A stretch of 38,549 nucleotides of DNA from Chiloscyllium plagiosum (lineage: Eukaryota), in NCBI RefSeq assembly GCF_004010195.1, contig NC_057749.1:20045570-20084118 (forward strand), given 5' to 3'. Under the pieces are notes generated by a model. That model ran no database searches and was not told where the DNA came from. It was given only the letters and a program-made list of their open reading frames with translations. Below are positions 11,350 to 20,530 of this stretch, piece by piece (within the stretch, counting starts at the first letter, position 1; every line of letters starts with the position of its first letter). A program made the translations under genes and the position numbers.

Positions 11350-11645
11350 TCAATTCACTCCCAATTCTCACCCCCGATGCACCGTAGCACATTGCCTTCT
11401 CTGGAGTTCCCTTCCCGGCTTGTGACCACCCCCTCCAAATTGCCGGCCTCACCTTCAACGTCCAAACCCTCCGGCCTCAGAAGCGGCTCCCGATCCCTCA
11501 GGGCCATAACGCTCTCGCCGCTCTCCATTGGCCAGCGGGCCCTGCGTCTGACGTCACTGACTACGTAGCAGAGAGGGGGGGTCGAGGATCACTCGTTGTC
11601 ATGGGAACGGAACAGCCCGCCCTTCAACAACAGGAGGTTCGAGTA
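11350..11645. promoter_or_regulatory. CpG-rich probable bidirectional promoter
   Basis: The only CpG-dense non-repeat patch in the window. It holds CCAAT (minus strand, 11527-11531), a perfect CRE TGACGTCA (11549-11556), X-box-like GTTGTCATGGGAAC (11595-11608) and a GC box CCCGCCC (about 11616-11622). It lies between two divergent genes. Confidence 0.7.
11453..11507 (-). CDS. SV2/SVOP-family MFS transporter, putative first coding exon (MALRDREPLLRPEGLDVE)
   Basis: ATG at 11507 in good Kozak context (gttATGG) inside the only CpG-rich island. It has 18 codons + 1 nt, then the donor GAAG|gtgagg. Phase 1 joins in frame to the exon at 1881 (G+AG = Glu). Confidence 0.7.
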
Positions 11646-11649
11646 ATAT

Positions 11650-11950
11650 CTAGGAATGGAGAAAAATACCCCAGAATGAAGGAATAAAACCCCAGGAGAG
11701 AGGGAGACAACACCACAGGATGGAGGAAAATGCCCCAAGAATGGAGGAATAAAACCCAAGGAGAGAGAAACATACCCCAGGAATGGTGGAAAAAAAACTC
11801 AAGGAGAGAGGAAAAATCTCACAATGCAGTAATGCCTCAGGATAGAGTAATACCTCTGCATGGAATAACCGCCCAGGATATGACTCTATGACAGAGTAAC
11901 GTCTGAGGCTGGAGTGACACCTCAAGATAGAGTAATACCCTAGGATAGAA
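11650..11950 (+). repeat. degenerate purine-rich minisatellite (about 20-24 bp units like ccccaggaatggaggaataaaa)
   Basis: Repeated cc(c)cagga + purine run units, grading into a cctcaggatagagtaata variant. Confidence 0.75.
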
Positions 11951-12713
11951 TCTTTTGCACCTGCACTACCATTCACTAAGATCATGGCTGACTTGATTGT
12001 GGGCTTCAGTTCTCTTTATCCTTAATATCCATGTTAGTCAAGTGTCTACCCATCTCTGTCTTAAAAATATTCAATGACCCCAACCCTACTGCTCTTTTCA
12101 TATATAGGCAGTAGGAGTAGGCCATTTGGCCATTCAAGCCTTCTCCACCATTCAATATGATCATGGTTGATCATCCCACTCAATACCCTGTTCTCCTTTT
12201 GGCCCCGTACACTTTGATCCCTTTAGCCCTAAGAGCTATATCTGTATTGTTCTTGAAAACATTCTATGTTTTGGCTTCAACCACTTTCTGTGGCAGACAA
12301 TTCCACAGGCTCACCACTGGGCAAAGAAATTTCTCCTCATCTCAATCCTGAATGGCCTACCCCATATACTTAGACGGTGACCCCTTGTCTGGACTCCCTG
12401 GTCATTGTGAACATCCTTTCTGTGTTTACCATGTATAATTCTGTTAAAACTTCGTAAGTTTGTGTGAGATCCTGTCCTCAGTCTTCTGAATGCAGTGAAT
12501 ATAGTCCAAAGCTATACAGTCTCTCTTCATATGTGACTCCTACCATCTCAGGAATCAGTCTGATCAACCTTCCTTGGGCTCCTTACATAGCCTGAATATA
12601 CTTCCTCAGATAAGGAGACCAAAACAGAACACAATATTCCAGGTGTGGCCTAACTGAGGCACTACACAATTGCAGCAAGACATTCTGCTGCTGTACTCTA
12701 ATCATCTTGCTAT

Positions 12714-13938
12714 TGTTATGGACCAGTCCAGACCCCCTGATAATATTTTAAGAAGGTATCCTAGACCCTAACTTTTCTAGTTTTAAGCAGATTTCTGAGA
12801 TGGCTTTGATGTAGAGGAGAGTGACTAGGGTTTCTGGACGTGTTTTGTCTGCTTGTTTGGGTTTGTTGCTGAGAAATCAGCGGACTGCGTTCATTGGGTA
12901 CCCACTCTTTTTTAATACAAGTCCGATCTCAGAAATGACTGCCAGACCACTCAGACCCCTTGGCATCATGGTAGCCCACAAACCCATCAACACACTAAAA
13001 CAGCAGCTAATGAACTTGAAAGACCCTATACAGACAACGAGCAAAACTAACATCATTTACAAAATACCGTGCAAGGACTGTAACAAACACTACATTGGAC
13101 TAACAGGCAGAAAACTAGCCACCAGGATACATGAACACCAACTAGCCACAAAAAGACATGACCCTCTCTCACTAGTATCCTCACACACGGATGAGAAAGG
13201 ACACCACTTCGATGAGGACAACACATCCATCCTAGGACAATCCAAACAAAGACATGCACGAGAATTCCTAGAAGCATGGCATTCTAACTGGAACTCTATC
13301 AACGAACACATTGAGTTAGACCCCATCTACTACCCCCTGAGAAAAGGAACAGGAAGTAACTTTGCCACAGGAAATGACATCACCAACCCAAAGAAATCCA
13401 AACATATAAATAGAAAGCAGGATTTTTCAGCAATGCTTCGCATGAGGCCCACTGAAGATGTTACCTAGTAAGGTAACGAAACATCTAGAAATGAACCTCC
13501 GAGCTCAGCGAGCAAACTTATATCCAATAACATAACTATTTGAAAACCCAACCAACACAGACATACAATTTAACAAAGAGCTGTTCTGATTTCCTGCAAC
13601 ATCCCATAACACTCCCTTGGCAAAAAGGTAATTTCAAACACAGATTCTTACATGAGAGATGTCAGAGAGAGAGAGGATCAGCAGGGAACTGATTCTTTGG
13701 GTCCCCAGCTAATAACTTGACCCAGCAGCTTCAAAGAGACTGCTGGCTAAAACCAAACCAGAAAAAAACTCTGAACTGGGAGAACTGGCTATCCACTTTC
13801 ATTGTATAAGTGCTTTTAAAAAAACTTAAAAGCCTTCTCAAGTAGATATTTTGAAACATATGAGAACCTTTACCTATACAACCCCTTTTGGAAAAAGCAA
13901 GGACAACATAATCTTGTTAAAGGAGCAGCATTGTCACA
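12714..13938. mobile_element. probable solo LTR (TG...CA) containing a nested PLE
   Basis: Begins tgttatgg, ends ttgtcaca, and is flanked by ctat/ctgt (3 of 4 match, 4-bp TSD-like). It interrupts an otherwise continuous CR1. Confidence 0.55.
12791..13527 (+). mobile_element. Penelope-like element: GIY-YIG endonuclease region with 5' inversion and terminal hammerhead
   Basis: ORF contains NIIYKIPCKDCNKHYIGLTGRKLATRIHEH...REFLEAWHS. Core CTGAAGA-T-GTTACCT-AGTA-AGGTAAC-GAAA-CA-TC at 13452-13485 overlaps the stop codon. Segment 12791-12918 is inverted. Confidence 0.93.
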
Positions 13939-14434
13939 CTGTGAAGGCCAACATACCATTTGCCTTCTTCACCATGTGCTGTACCAACATACTTACTTTC
14001 ATAAAATGGTGTACAAGGACGCCAAAGTCTTGTTACATCTCCTTCTTTCCCAATCTATTGCCATTCAGATAATAATTTGCCTTCCTGTTTTTCCTACAAA
14101 TGTAGAAAACCTCACATTTTTCCATATTATATTTCACCTGCCATGCATTTTCCACTCAATCAATTTGTCAAAATTATACTGAGGCATCTCTGCATCCTCC
14201 TCAAAGCTCACCCTCCACAGAACTTTGTGTTGAAAGGGAGTCCCATAGACTCACAGAAAAAATTCTCCTCGTCTCTGTCTTAAATGGGAGAACTCTTATT
14301 TTTATACTTTGTCCCCTCATTCAAGTCTTTCCCACAAGCAGAAACATCTTTTCAGCATCCACACTGGCAAGTTCTCTCAGCATCTTATATGCTTCAATAA
14401 GTTTCATTTGTCTAAACCCAAATGGATACAGGCC

Positions 14435-14657
14435 CAAGATTAGAATGGTGCTGGAAAAGCACAGCAGATCAGGCAGCATCCGAGGAGCAGGAAAATCAAC
14501 GTTTCGGCCAAAAGCCCTTCATCAGGAATGAGGGGCTATCATTTTGCCCGAAACATTGATTTTCCTGCTCCTCAGATGCTGCCTGAACTGCTTTGCTTTT
14601 CCAGCACCACTCTAATCTTGACTCTGATCTCCAGCATCTGCAGTCCTCACTTTCGCC
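14435..14657. mobile_element. older fold-back PLE-terminal insertion with hammerhead core
   Basis: Imperfect inverted arms across 14435-14620. Degenerate TSD tggatacaggccca / tggaaacaggtcca (14423-14436 / 14658-14671). Minus-strand core CTGATGA-A-GGGC-TTTT-GGCC-GAAA-CG-TT. Confidence 0.82.
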
Positions 14658-14714
14658 TGGAAACAGGTCCAGTCTGTCAAACTTTTTATCATTAGACGTA
14701 TTGTATAGAATCAC

Positions 14715-14915
14715 ACAGCTGGAGTGTTGCCCTAGGCATCCTGGCTGATGTTTATCCCTCAGCCAGCATTACAGAAGACAGATTTTCTATTTGTGGGATC
14801 TTACTATACACAACTCACTTATTCCATTCATTATAGCAGTTTTACCAACAACTACTTCATTAGTTTTAATGAGTTGATGATGAAAGATGTGAAATAAATA
14901 CAATATTTTCCTTCA
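14715..14915 (+). mobile_element. decayed Deu-domain-type SINE fragment (SacSINE1-like)
   Basis: Text resembling tcctggc...tttatccctca.ccagcat.ac...aacagatt...tttgtgggatctt. Related pieces lie at about 1430-1585(-) and 22660-22780(+). Family name from recall only. Confidence 0.45.
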
Positions 14916-15896
14916 TTATGATTGTCTCTTAAAAAACTTTGAAATAGTCCAGCAAGTCATATGGCTGGAAAACACCCACTGTAAGGTGAGATAGTAAATG
15001 CCCCCATCATTCAAATCCTGAAACAGGTAACAAAGGACAAAATGAGGGAAAATGAATTTAATTATTTGTGCTCTTTTTGGACTCTGGTCAATGGCCTGTT
15101 GATTTTTAATTCCTTGGAATCCCTGGTTGCTCTGGTGATATTATAAACTGTGAAGTACTTCAGTACATGAGAAACCATTAGTAAAAGTGAAACACGTATC
15201 TTAGAAACAGACTGAACCTCCAGAAAAGACAGAAGAATATTTACTCTGGGTCCTAGCACCAGCTGGTGTAGAATCTAGAATGCAAGTTGTCGGTGCAGAA
15301 GACAAAGACGCAGTGGAGGCAAAAAAGAAGTTCGAGAATAATATACAAATAACTATTCAAATGTCCATGCCTGGACATTCTGTGGCCTCCTGGGATGGAA
15401 TTCTTCGTGAAAAATCCGTAGAACTCTCAGAAGTTTGGAAGGACCTTGTAGCTTTCATTCAGCAAGAGGCATAGCATGTTCCAACTTGTGCATCTCTTCT
15501 GTCTGTACCCAGACTCTCCGGGTTGTAGTTTGTGGGCATAGTCGTGGATTCACCCTGATCGCATCAGCAGACTCCTGTCGCTAAATTTCCAGGGTGCATT
15601 GGTGGTTGGCAATGGGCTACCTAGGAACTCCTCACATAGACACCTTAAATAGACACTGTTGTACCAGAATAACCTCCAGAAATTATAGGCCATTTTGGTG
15701 AAATCCAAATGCATTATGTTATTGCTAAGATATGGGACTCAAAATGTTAACTCTGTTTCTATCTCTCCACAGATGCGACTGTGGAGACATAGAAACAGAA
15801 AAGTGTTTCTATCTCTCCACAGATGCTACTGGGCTTGCTGAATTTCATCAACACTTTCTGTTTTTATTTCAGATCTCCAGCATTCATAGTAAAGTG

Positions 15897-16430
15897 TAGA
15901 GTTATAGAATTGTACAATACAGAAACATACCCTTTGGTCCAACTCATCCATGCTAACCAGATATCCTAAATTAATCTGGTCCCATTTGCTAACATTTGGT
16001 CCAGAACTCTCTAAACCCTACCTATTGATACACCCATCCCGATGCCTTTTAAGTGTTGTAATTGTACCAGCCTCCACCACTTTCTCTAACAGCTTCATAT
16101 ATGCACCATCCTATGCATGAAAACGTTGCCTCTTAGGTCCCTTTTATATTTTTCCCCTCTCATCTGAAACTTATGCCATCTAGTTTTGGACTCCCGTAGC
16201 CTGGGAAAAAGACTTTGGCTATTCACACTATCCATGCCCCTCATGATTTTATAAACCTCTGTAAGGTCACCCCTTAGCCTCCAATGCTCCAGGGAAATTT
16301 GCCCCAACCTATTCAGCCTCTCCCTATAGCCCTAACCCGCAAAAACCTTTTAAGTCTTTTCTGAATCCTTTCAAGTTTAACAACATCTTTCCTATAGCAG
16401 GGAGATCAGAATTGAACATTGTGTTCCAGT
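15897..16430 (-). mobile_element. CR1-type LINE 3' fragment
   Basis: SLEHWRLRGDLTEVYKIMRGMD...KRDLRGNVF, plus the 3' UTR. Confidence 0.9.
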
Positions 16431-16745
16431 ATTATGCCTTTGTATTGCTTTATTGCTGTTAGATTAAAAATGAGAGGTTTTATTTACTTGAACTCTCCTC
16501 TTCACCTCAGCTAACATCTATGACCTCCCTCCAATGAAAATGGAGTGAAGTTAAAAGGTTTTGCTGTGTATGCAAAATGAATTTGTCTGCCTCCACACAC
16601 AAATTCAGACACAGCAAGGCACTAGGACCCAGGAAAAGGAGCTCAGTGTGGGGTAATGTTCTGACTCACTGGTCAGCATATCCATTTTGATCTACTTAGT
16701 AACTCAACTCTCTAGGATCACATTCACCTCTCTAGATATTTGAAG

Positions 16746-16838
16746 ATGCATCGAGCTTATCAAACCATCATTCCAACCAGCAACAAGTACCTACAACAGA
16801 AATGGGACAAGAATGATTATCAAAGGCACAGGACAAAG
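16746..16838 (+). CDS. CFAP97D2: CFAP97 domain-containing protein (CFAP97D2-like), coding exon 1 (MHRAYQTIIPTSNKYLQQKWDKNDYQRHRTK)
   Basis: ATG at 16746 just after a candidate acceptor (ctctctag, 16735). It has 31 codons and the donor AAG|gttgta. The N-terminus MHR.YQ..P..NKYLQ.KWD is typical of CFAP97D1/D2. Confidence 0.88.
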
Positions 16839-16995
16839 GTTGTATCAAACATTCTCAAAAATTTAAATATTGTTTTAAAATGACATGTCAATTTTTTTTA
16901 TATCATGTTACTGGTGTGTTTTTGAACTCTGGGAAGGATTTTGAAGTTTATCAATATCATATGAGCAGCACTCATCCAGGCAAAGTGCAGAGTAA

Positions 16996-17122
16996 GTGAG
17001 GACTGCAGATGCTGGAGATCAGAGCTGAAACATAAGCCCTTCTTCAGGAATCTTCGATTCTCCTGCTCCTTTGATGCTGCCTGACCTGCTGCGCTTTTCC
17101 AGCAACACATTTTTCAGCTCTT
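16996..17122. mobile_element. short rearranged PLE-terminal insertion in CFAP97D2-like intron 1
   Basis: Same family as 3322-3530, made of head-to-head pieces with a broken hammerhead. Exact 15-bp TSD caaagtgcagagtaa (16981-16995 / 17123-17137). Confidence 0.88.
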
Positions 17123-17268
17123 CAAAGTGCAGAGTAATCCAGCACACACTCCATCTTCCACTCCAGTACATTGAGCAATAGAAACCGTTTCTAACCGAAA
17201 GTTGGATTTGAAGCCTGCTTCTTTGTGAAATGTCTGACAGTATAATTATTAGTATGCTCAATCCATAG

Positions 17269-17349
17269 GTGCAAAAGGCGACCACAGTTGTGGATACAAG
17301 GGGACCTCAGACTCCTGCTCATCTTCAAGTCAAGCTAAAAAAACTGCAG
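17269..17349 (+). CDS. CFAP97D2: CFAP97D2-like coding exon 2 (VQKATTVVDTRGPQTPAHLQVKLKKLQ)
   Basis: Acceptor ccatag, donor CAG|gtataa, 81 nt, phase 0-0. Contains the family motif VVDT..P....HL..KLKKL. Confidence 0.9.
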
Positions 17350-17419
17350 GTATAAATGTGCATCTTTATTTCAAATTCAGTCTTGGATAGTGAACAGCAA
17401 TAGTAGGTGAGCATTCACT

Positions 17420-17905
17420 CTGGATTTGGAGAGGGTGCAGAGAAGGTTTACGAGGATGTTGCCTGGTATAAAAGGTGCTAGCTATGAAGAGAGGTTGAAT
17501 AGGTTAGGATTGTTTCCATTAGAGATTGAGGGGGTACCTGATTGAGGTCTACAAAATCATGAAGGGTATAGACAGGGTCGACAGAGAGAGGCTTTTTCCC
17601 AGGGTGAAGGATTCAATAGCGAGAGGTCACGCTTTCAAGGTGAGAGGTGAAAAATTTAAGGGGGATACATGCGGCAAGTACTTTACACAGAGGATGGTAA
17701 GTGTCTGTAACATGTTGCCAGCAGTGGTGGTAGAGGCAGGCACAGTAGATTCATTTAAGATGCGTCTGGACAGATACATGAGTAGGTGGGGAGCAGGGGG
17801 ATACAGATGCTTAGGAATTGGGTGACAGGTTTAGACAGTGGATTTGGATCGACTCAGGCTTGGAGGGCTGAAGGGCCTGCTCCTGGGCTGTAAATTTTCT
17901 TTGTT
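17420..17905 (+). mobile_element. CR1-type LINE 3' end (different subfamily)
   Basis: LRGYLIEVYKIMKGIDRVDRERLFP...RGHAFKVRG...FKMRLDRYM. Confidence 0.88.
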
Positions 17906-18027
17906 CTTCTTTGCCACTGCCTCTCCTTAAGGTCAACTAATCACAAAACAGCAGCTGGTGGAATTTAAATTCTGTTCATTAATTTTAGAATTGTAAAGTC
18001 ACTCTCAGTATTTGCACAAATACACAA

Positions 18028-19231
18028 AGAACTTGATTGAGCTTCTTGAAGACGTAATAAAGAGGATTGATGACGGCAGAGCAGTGGACGTGATCAAATG
18101 GACTCCAGTAAGGCGTTCGACAAGGTTTCCCATGGGAGACTGGTTAGCAAGATTAGATCTCATGGAATGCAGGGAGAACTAGCCATTTGGATACAAAACT
18201 GTCTCAAAGGTAGAAGACAGAGGATGATGATGGAGGGTTGTTTTTCAGACTGGAGGCCTGTGACCAATGGAGTGCCACAAGGATCGGTGCTGGGTCCACT
18301 ACTTTTCGTGATTTATATAAATGATTTGGATGTGAGCATAAGATGTACAGTTAGTATGTTTGCTGATGACACCAAAATTAGACATGTAGTGGACAGTGAA
18401 GAAGGTTACTTTAGATTAAAACTGGATCTTGACCAGATGGGCCAATTGGCTGAGAAGTGGCAGATGGAGTTTAATTTAGATAAATGTTAGGTGCTGCATT
18501 TTGGGAAAGCAAATCTTAGCAGGACTTATGCACTTAATGGTAAGGTCCTAGGGAGTGTTGCTGAACAAAGAGACCTTGGAGTGCAGGTTCACAGTTCCTT
18601 GAAAGTGGAGTTGCAGGTAGATAGGATAGTGAAGAAGGCGTTTGGTATGCTTTCCCTTATTGGTCAGAGTAATGAGTACAGGAGTTTGGAGGTTATGTTG
18701 CGACTGTACAGGACATTGGTTAGGCCATTGCAAGGATATTGTGAAACTTGAAAGGGTTCAGAAAAGATTTACAAGGATGTTGCCAAGGTTGGAGGATTTG
18801 AGCTTAATTAGGCCGGGGTTGTTTCTCTGGAGCGTCAGAGGCTGAGGGGTGACTTTATAGAGGTTTATAAAATCATGAGGGGCATGGATAGGATAAATAG
18901 ACAAAATCTTTTCCCTGGAGTGGGGGAGTCCTGAACTAGAGGACATAGGTTTAGGGTGAGAGGGGAAGGATAAAAAAGGGACCTAAGGGGCAACTTTTTC
19001 ACTCAGGGGGTGGTACTTGTATGGAATGAGCTATCAGATGAAATAGTGGAGGTTAGTACAGTTGCAACATTTAAAAGGTATCTGGATGGGTATATGAATG
19101 GGAAGGGTTTGAAGGGATATGGACTGGGTGCCGGCAGGTGGGACTAGGTTGAGTTGGGATATCTGGATGGCATGGACAAGTTGGACCGAAATGTCTGTTT
19201 CCGTGCTGTACATATCTGTGACTCTATGACT
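18028..19231 (+). mobile_element. CR1-type LINE RT and 3' end
   Basis: SKAFDKVSHG, GVPQGSVLGPLLF, MFADDTKI and WQMEFNLDKC, with an in-frame stop and deletions. Tail ..gactctatgact. Confidence 0.93.
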
Positions 19232-19449
19232 GTTGGTATCTCTCTGTATTAAAGCAAGATAATTGCTCTTGATAGCTTGAGGGACACCACTCTACAGCAA
19301 GCACAGAGAAAATCAAAGAGTTTGGATTCCACAAACTAGCAGAGCAGTACAGGGATTGTACTGTTGCTATCACTAAGCATTACTCTCTAGGTATCCGATC
19401 AACTGAGCTAAGAGACCTGGGTTCCAGAGATGTGATCCTGCTCCACTAG

Positions 19450-19537
19450 CTACCCAATGAAGGAACAGCGCTCCAAATGCTTGTATTTCCAAATAAACTT
19501 GTTGGACTATAACCCGGTGTTGTATGACTTTTAACTA
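19450..19537 (+). mobile_element. PLE terminal fragment (family of 28-117) with degenerate hammerhead
   Basis: atgaaggaacagcgctccaaatgcttgt...aaataaacttgttggactataacccggtgttgt matches the reverse complement of 35-115 and 36790-36830. Confidence 0.7.
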
Positions 19538-19954
19538 TGAAACTATTACTGATTGCTGTAAAAACCCATCAGTTTCAATAATGTCCTTTAGGGAAGGAAA
19601 TCTGCCATACTTACCTGGTCCAGCCTACATGTTACCCCAGACCCACAACAATGTGATTGACTCTTAACTGCCTTCTAAATTGGTCCAGCAAACAATCCGT
19701 TCAAGGGCAGTTTGGAATGGACAACTATATTGGCAACACCCACACTCTCCAAGAAAAGTCTTTGACCAATTAGTCCATAGGTTGGAGGTCAGATTGGGGA
19801 ATGGAACAAGGTCTACACACAGAAACAAAGTCTCATTGAGTTTGTACTTTGTGTTGAATGTTATATTTTGTTGGTGAGTTCAGCAATAATTAACTGCAAT
19901 GACTACAGAGAATCCAGATGCACCAATCATTAACATTGCATGTTCTTTATTCAG

Positions 19955-20073
19955 CTAGAGAAAGAACGTTTGGCTATTATCAGAAGAGACAACCAGATTC
20001 TTTCTTGCAAACTGTCTGAAATTATGAGTTCCGATGGGACTGTAGACAATTGGAATAACTACACAAATAAAAG
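19955..20073 (+). CDS. CFAP97D2: CFAP97D2-like coding exon 3 (LEKERLAIIRRDNQILSCKLSEIMSSDGTVDNWNNYTNK)
   Basis: Acceptor ttctttattcag, donor AAG|gtatgg, 119 nt, phase 0-2. Contains the motif E.ERL..I.RDN..L..K...IM...G.VD..N.Y of the KIAA1430/CFAP97 domain. Confidence 0.9.
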
Positions 20074-20149
20074 GTATGGAAGTTAGGAGCATGTAGAAGA
20101 AGCTTAAGATTTCAGTGCTTGATTTTATGTTTGATCTCAACATAAGCTT

Positions 20150-20530
20150 CCTACCACATAATTCCACCTCCACAATATCACTCTTGCCTCAACTCATCTG
20201 CTGCTAAAACCCTCATTCATGTCTTTGTTACGTTTAGAATTGACAATGCATTTCTGGCTAACCTTCCACATTCTACCCTCTGCAATCCTGAGATCAGCCA
20301 ACATTCCGATACCTTAACTCGCACCAATCCCTTCCCATATCACTCTGGTGCCCACTGATTTGCAATGGTGCTCAGGTAAGCAACACCCTCCTTGTTTTCA
20401 AATTCTCTGAGGTCTCATTCCCCAGCTATCTCTGTAATCCCCTCCAACTCCACAGCCCTCTGAGGTAACTGTATCCTAGCAGTACTGGTCTCTTGGGCAT
20501 TCTCAATTTTCACAACTCCACCATTGCAGA
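20150..20530 (+). mobile_element. old L2-type LINE remnant
   Basis: Contains aaaccctcattcatgtctttgttac...agaattgac, the L2-like 'LIHAFV.SRLD' region. Strongly decayed. Confidence 0.5.

Larger units (their letters stand above)
12095..14400 (-). mobile_element. old CR1-type LINE fragments, interrupted by nested insertions at 12714-13938
   Basis: The CR1-like text is continuous across the insert (atcatcttgctat...gaaggccaacataccatttgcc). Confidence 0.75.

Noticed and set aside
11287..11985. ORFs 11287-11568(+) and 11650-11985(-)
   Set aside because: The first is a CR1/CpG-island chimera antisense to the likely exon. The second is the stop-poor strand of a minisatellite.
12821..13468. 215-aa ORF as a host or domesticated GIY-YIG nuclease gene
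   Set aside because: It is a truncated PLE with an inverted 5' piece, a GTG start and no RT, nested in other repeats.
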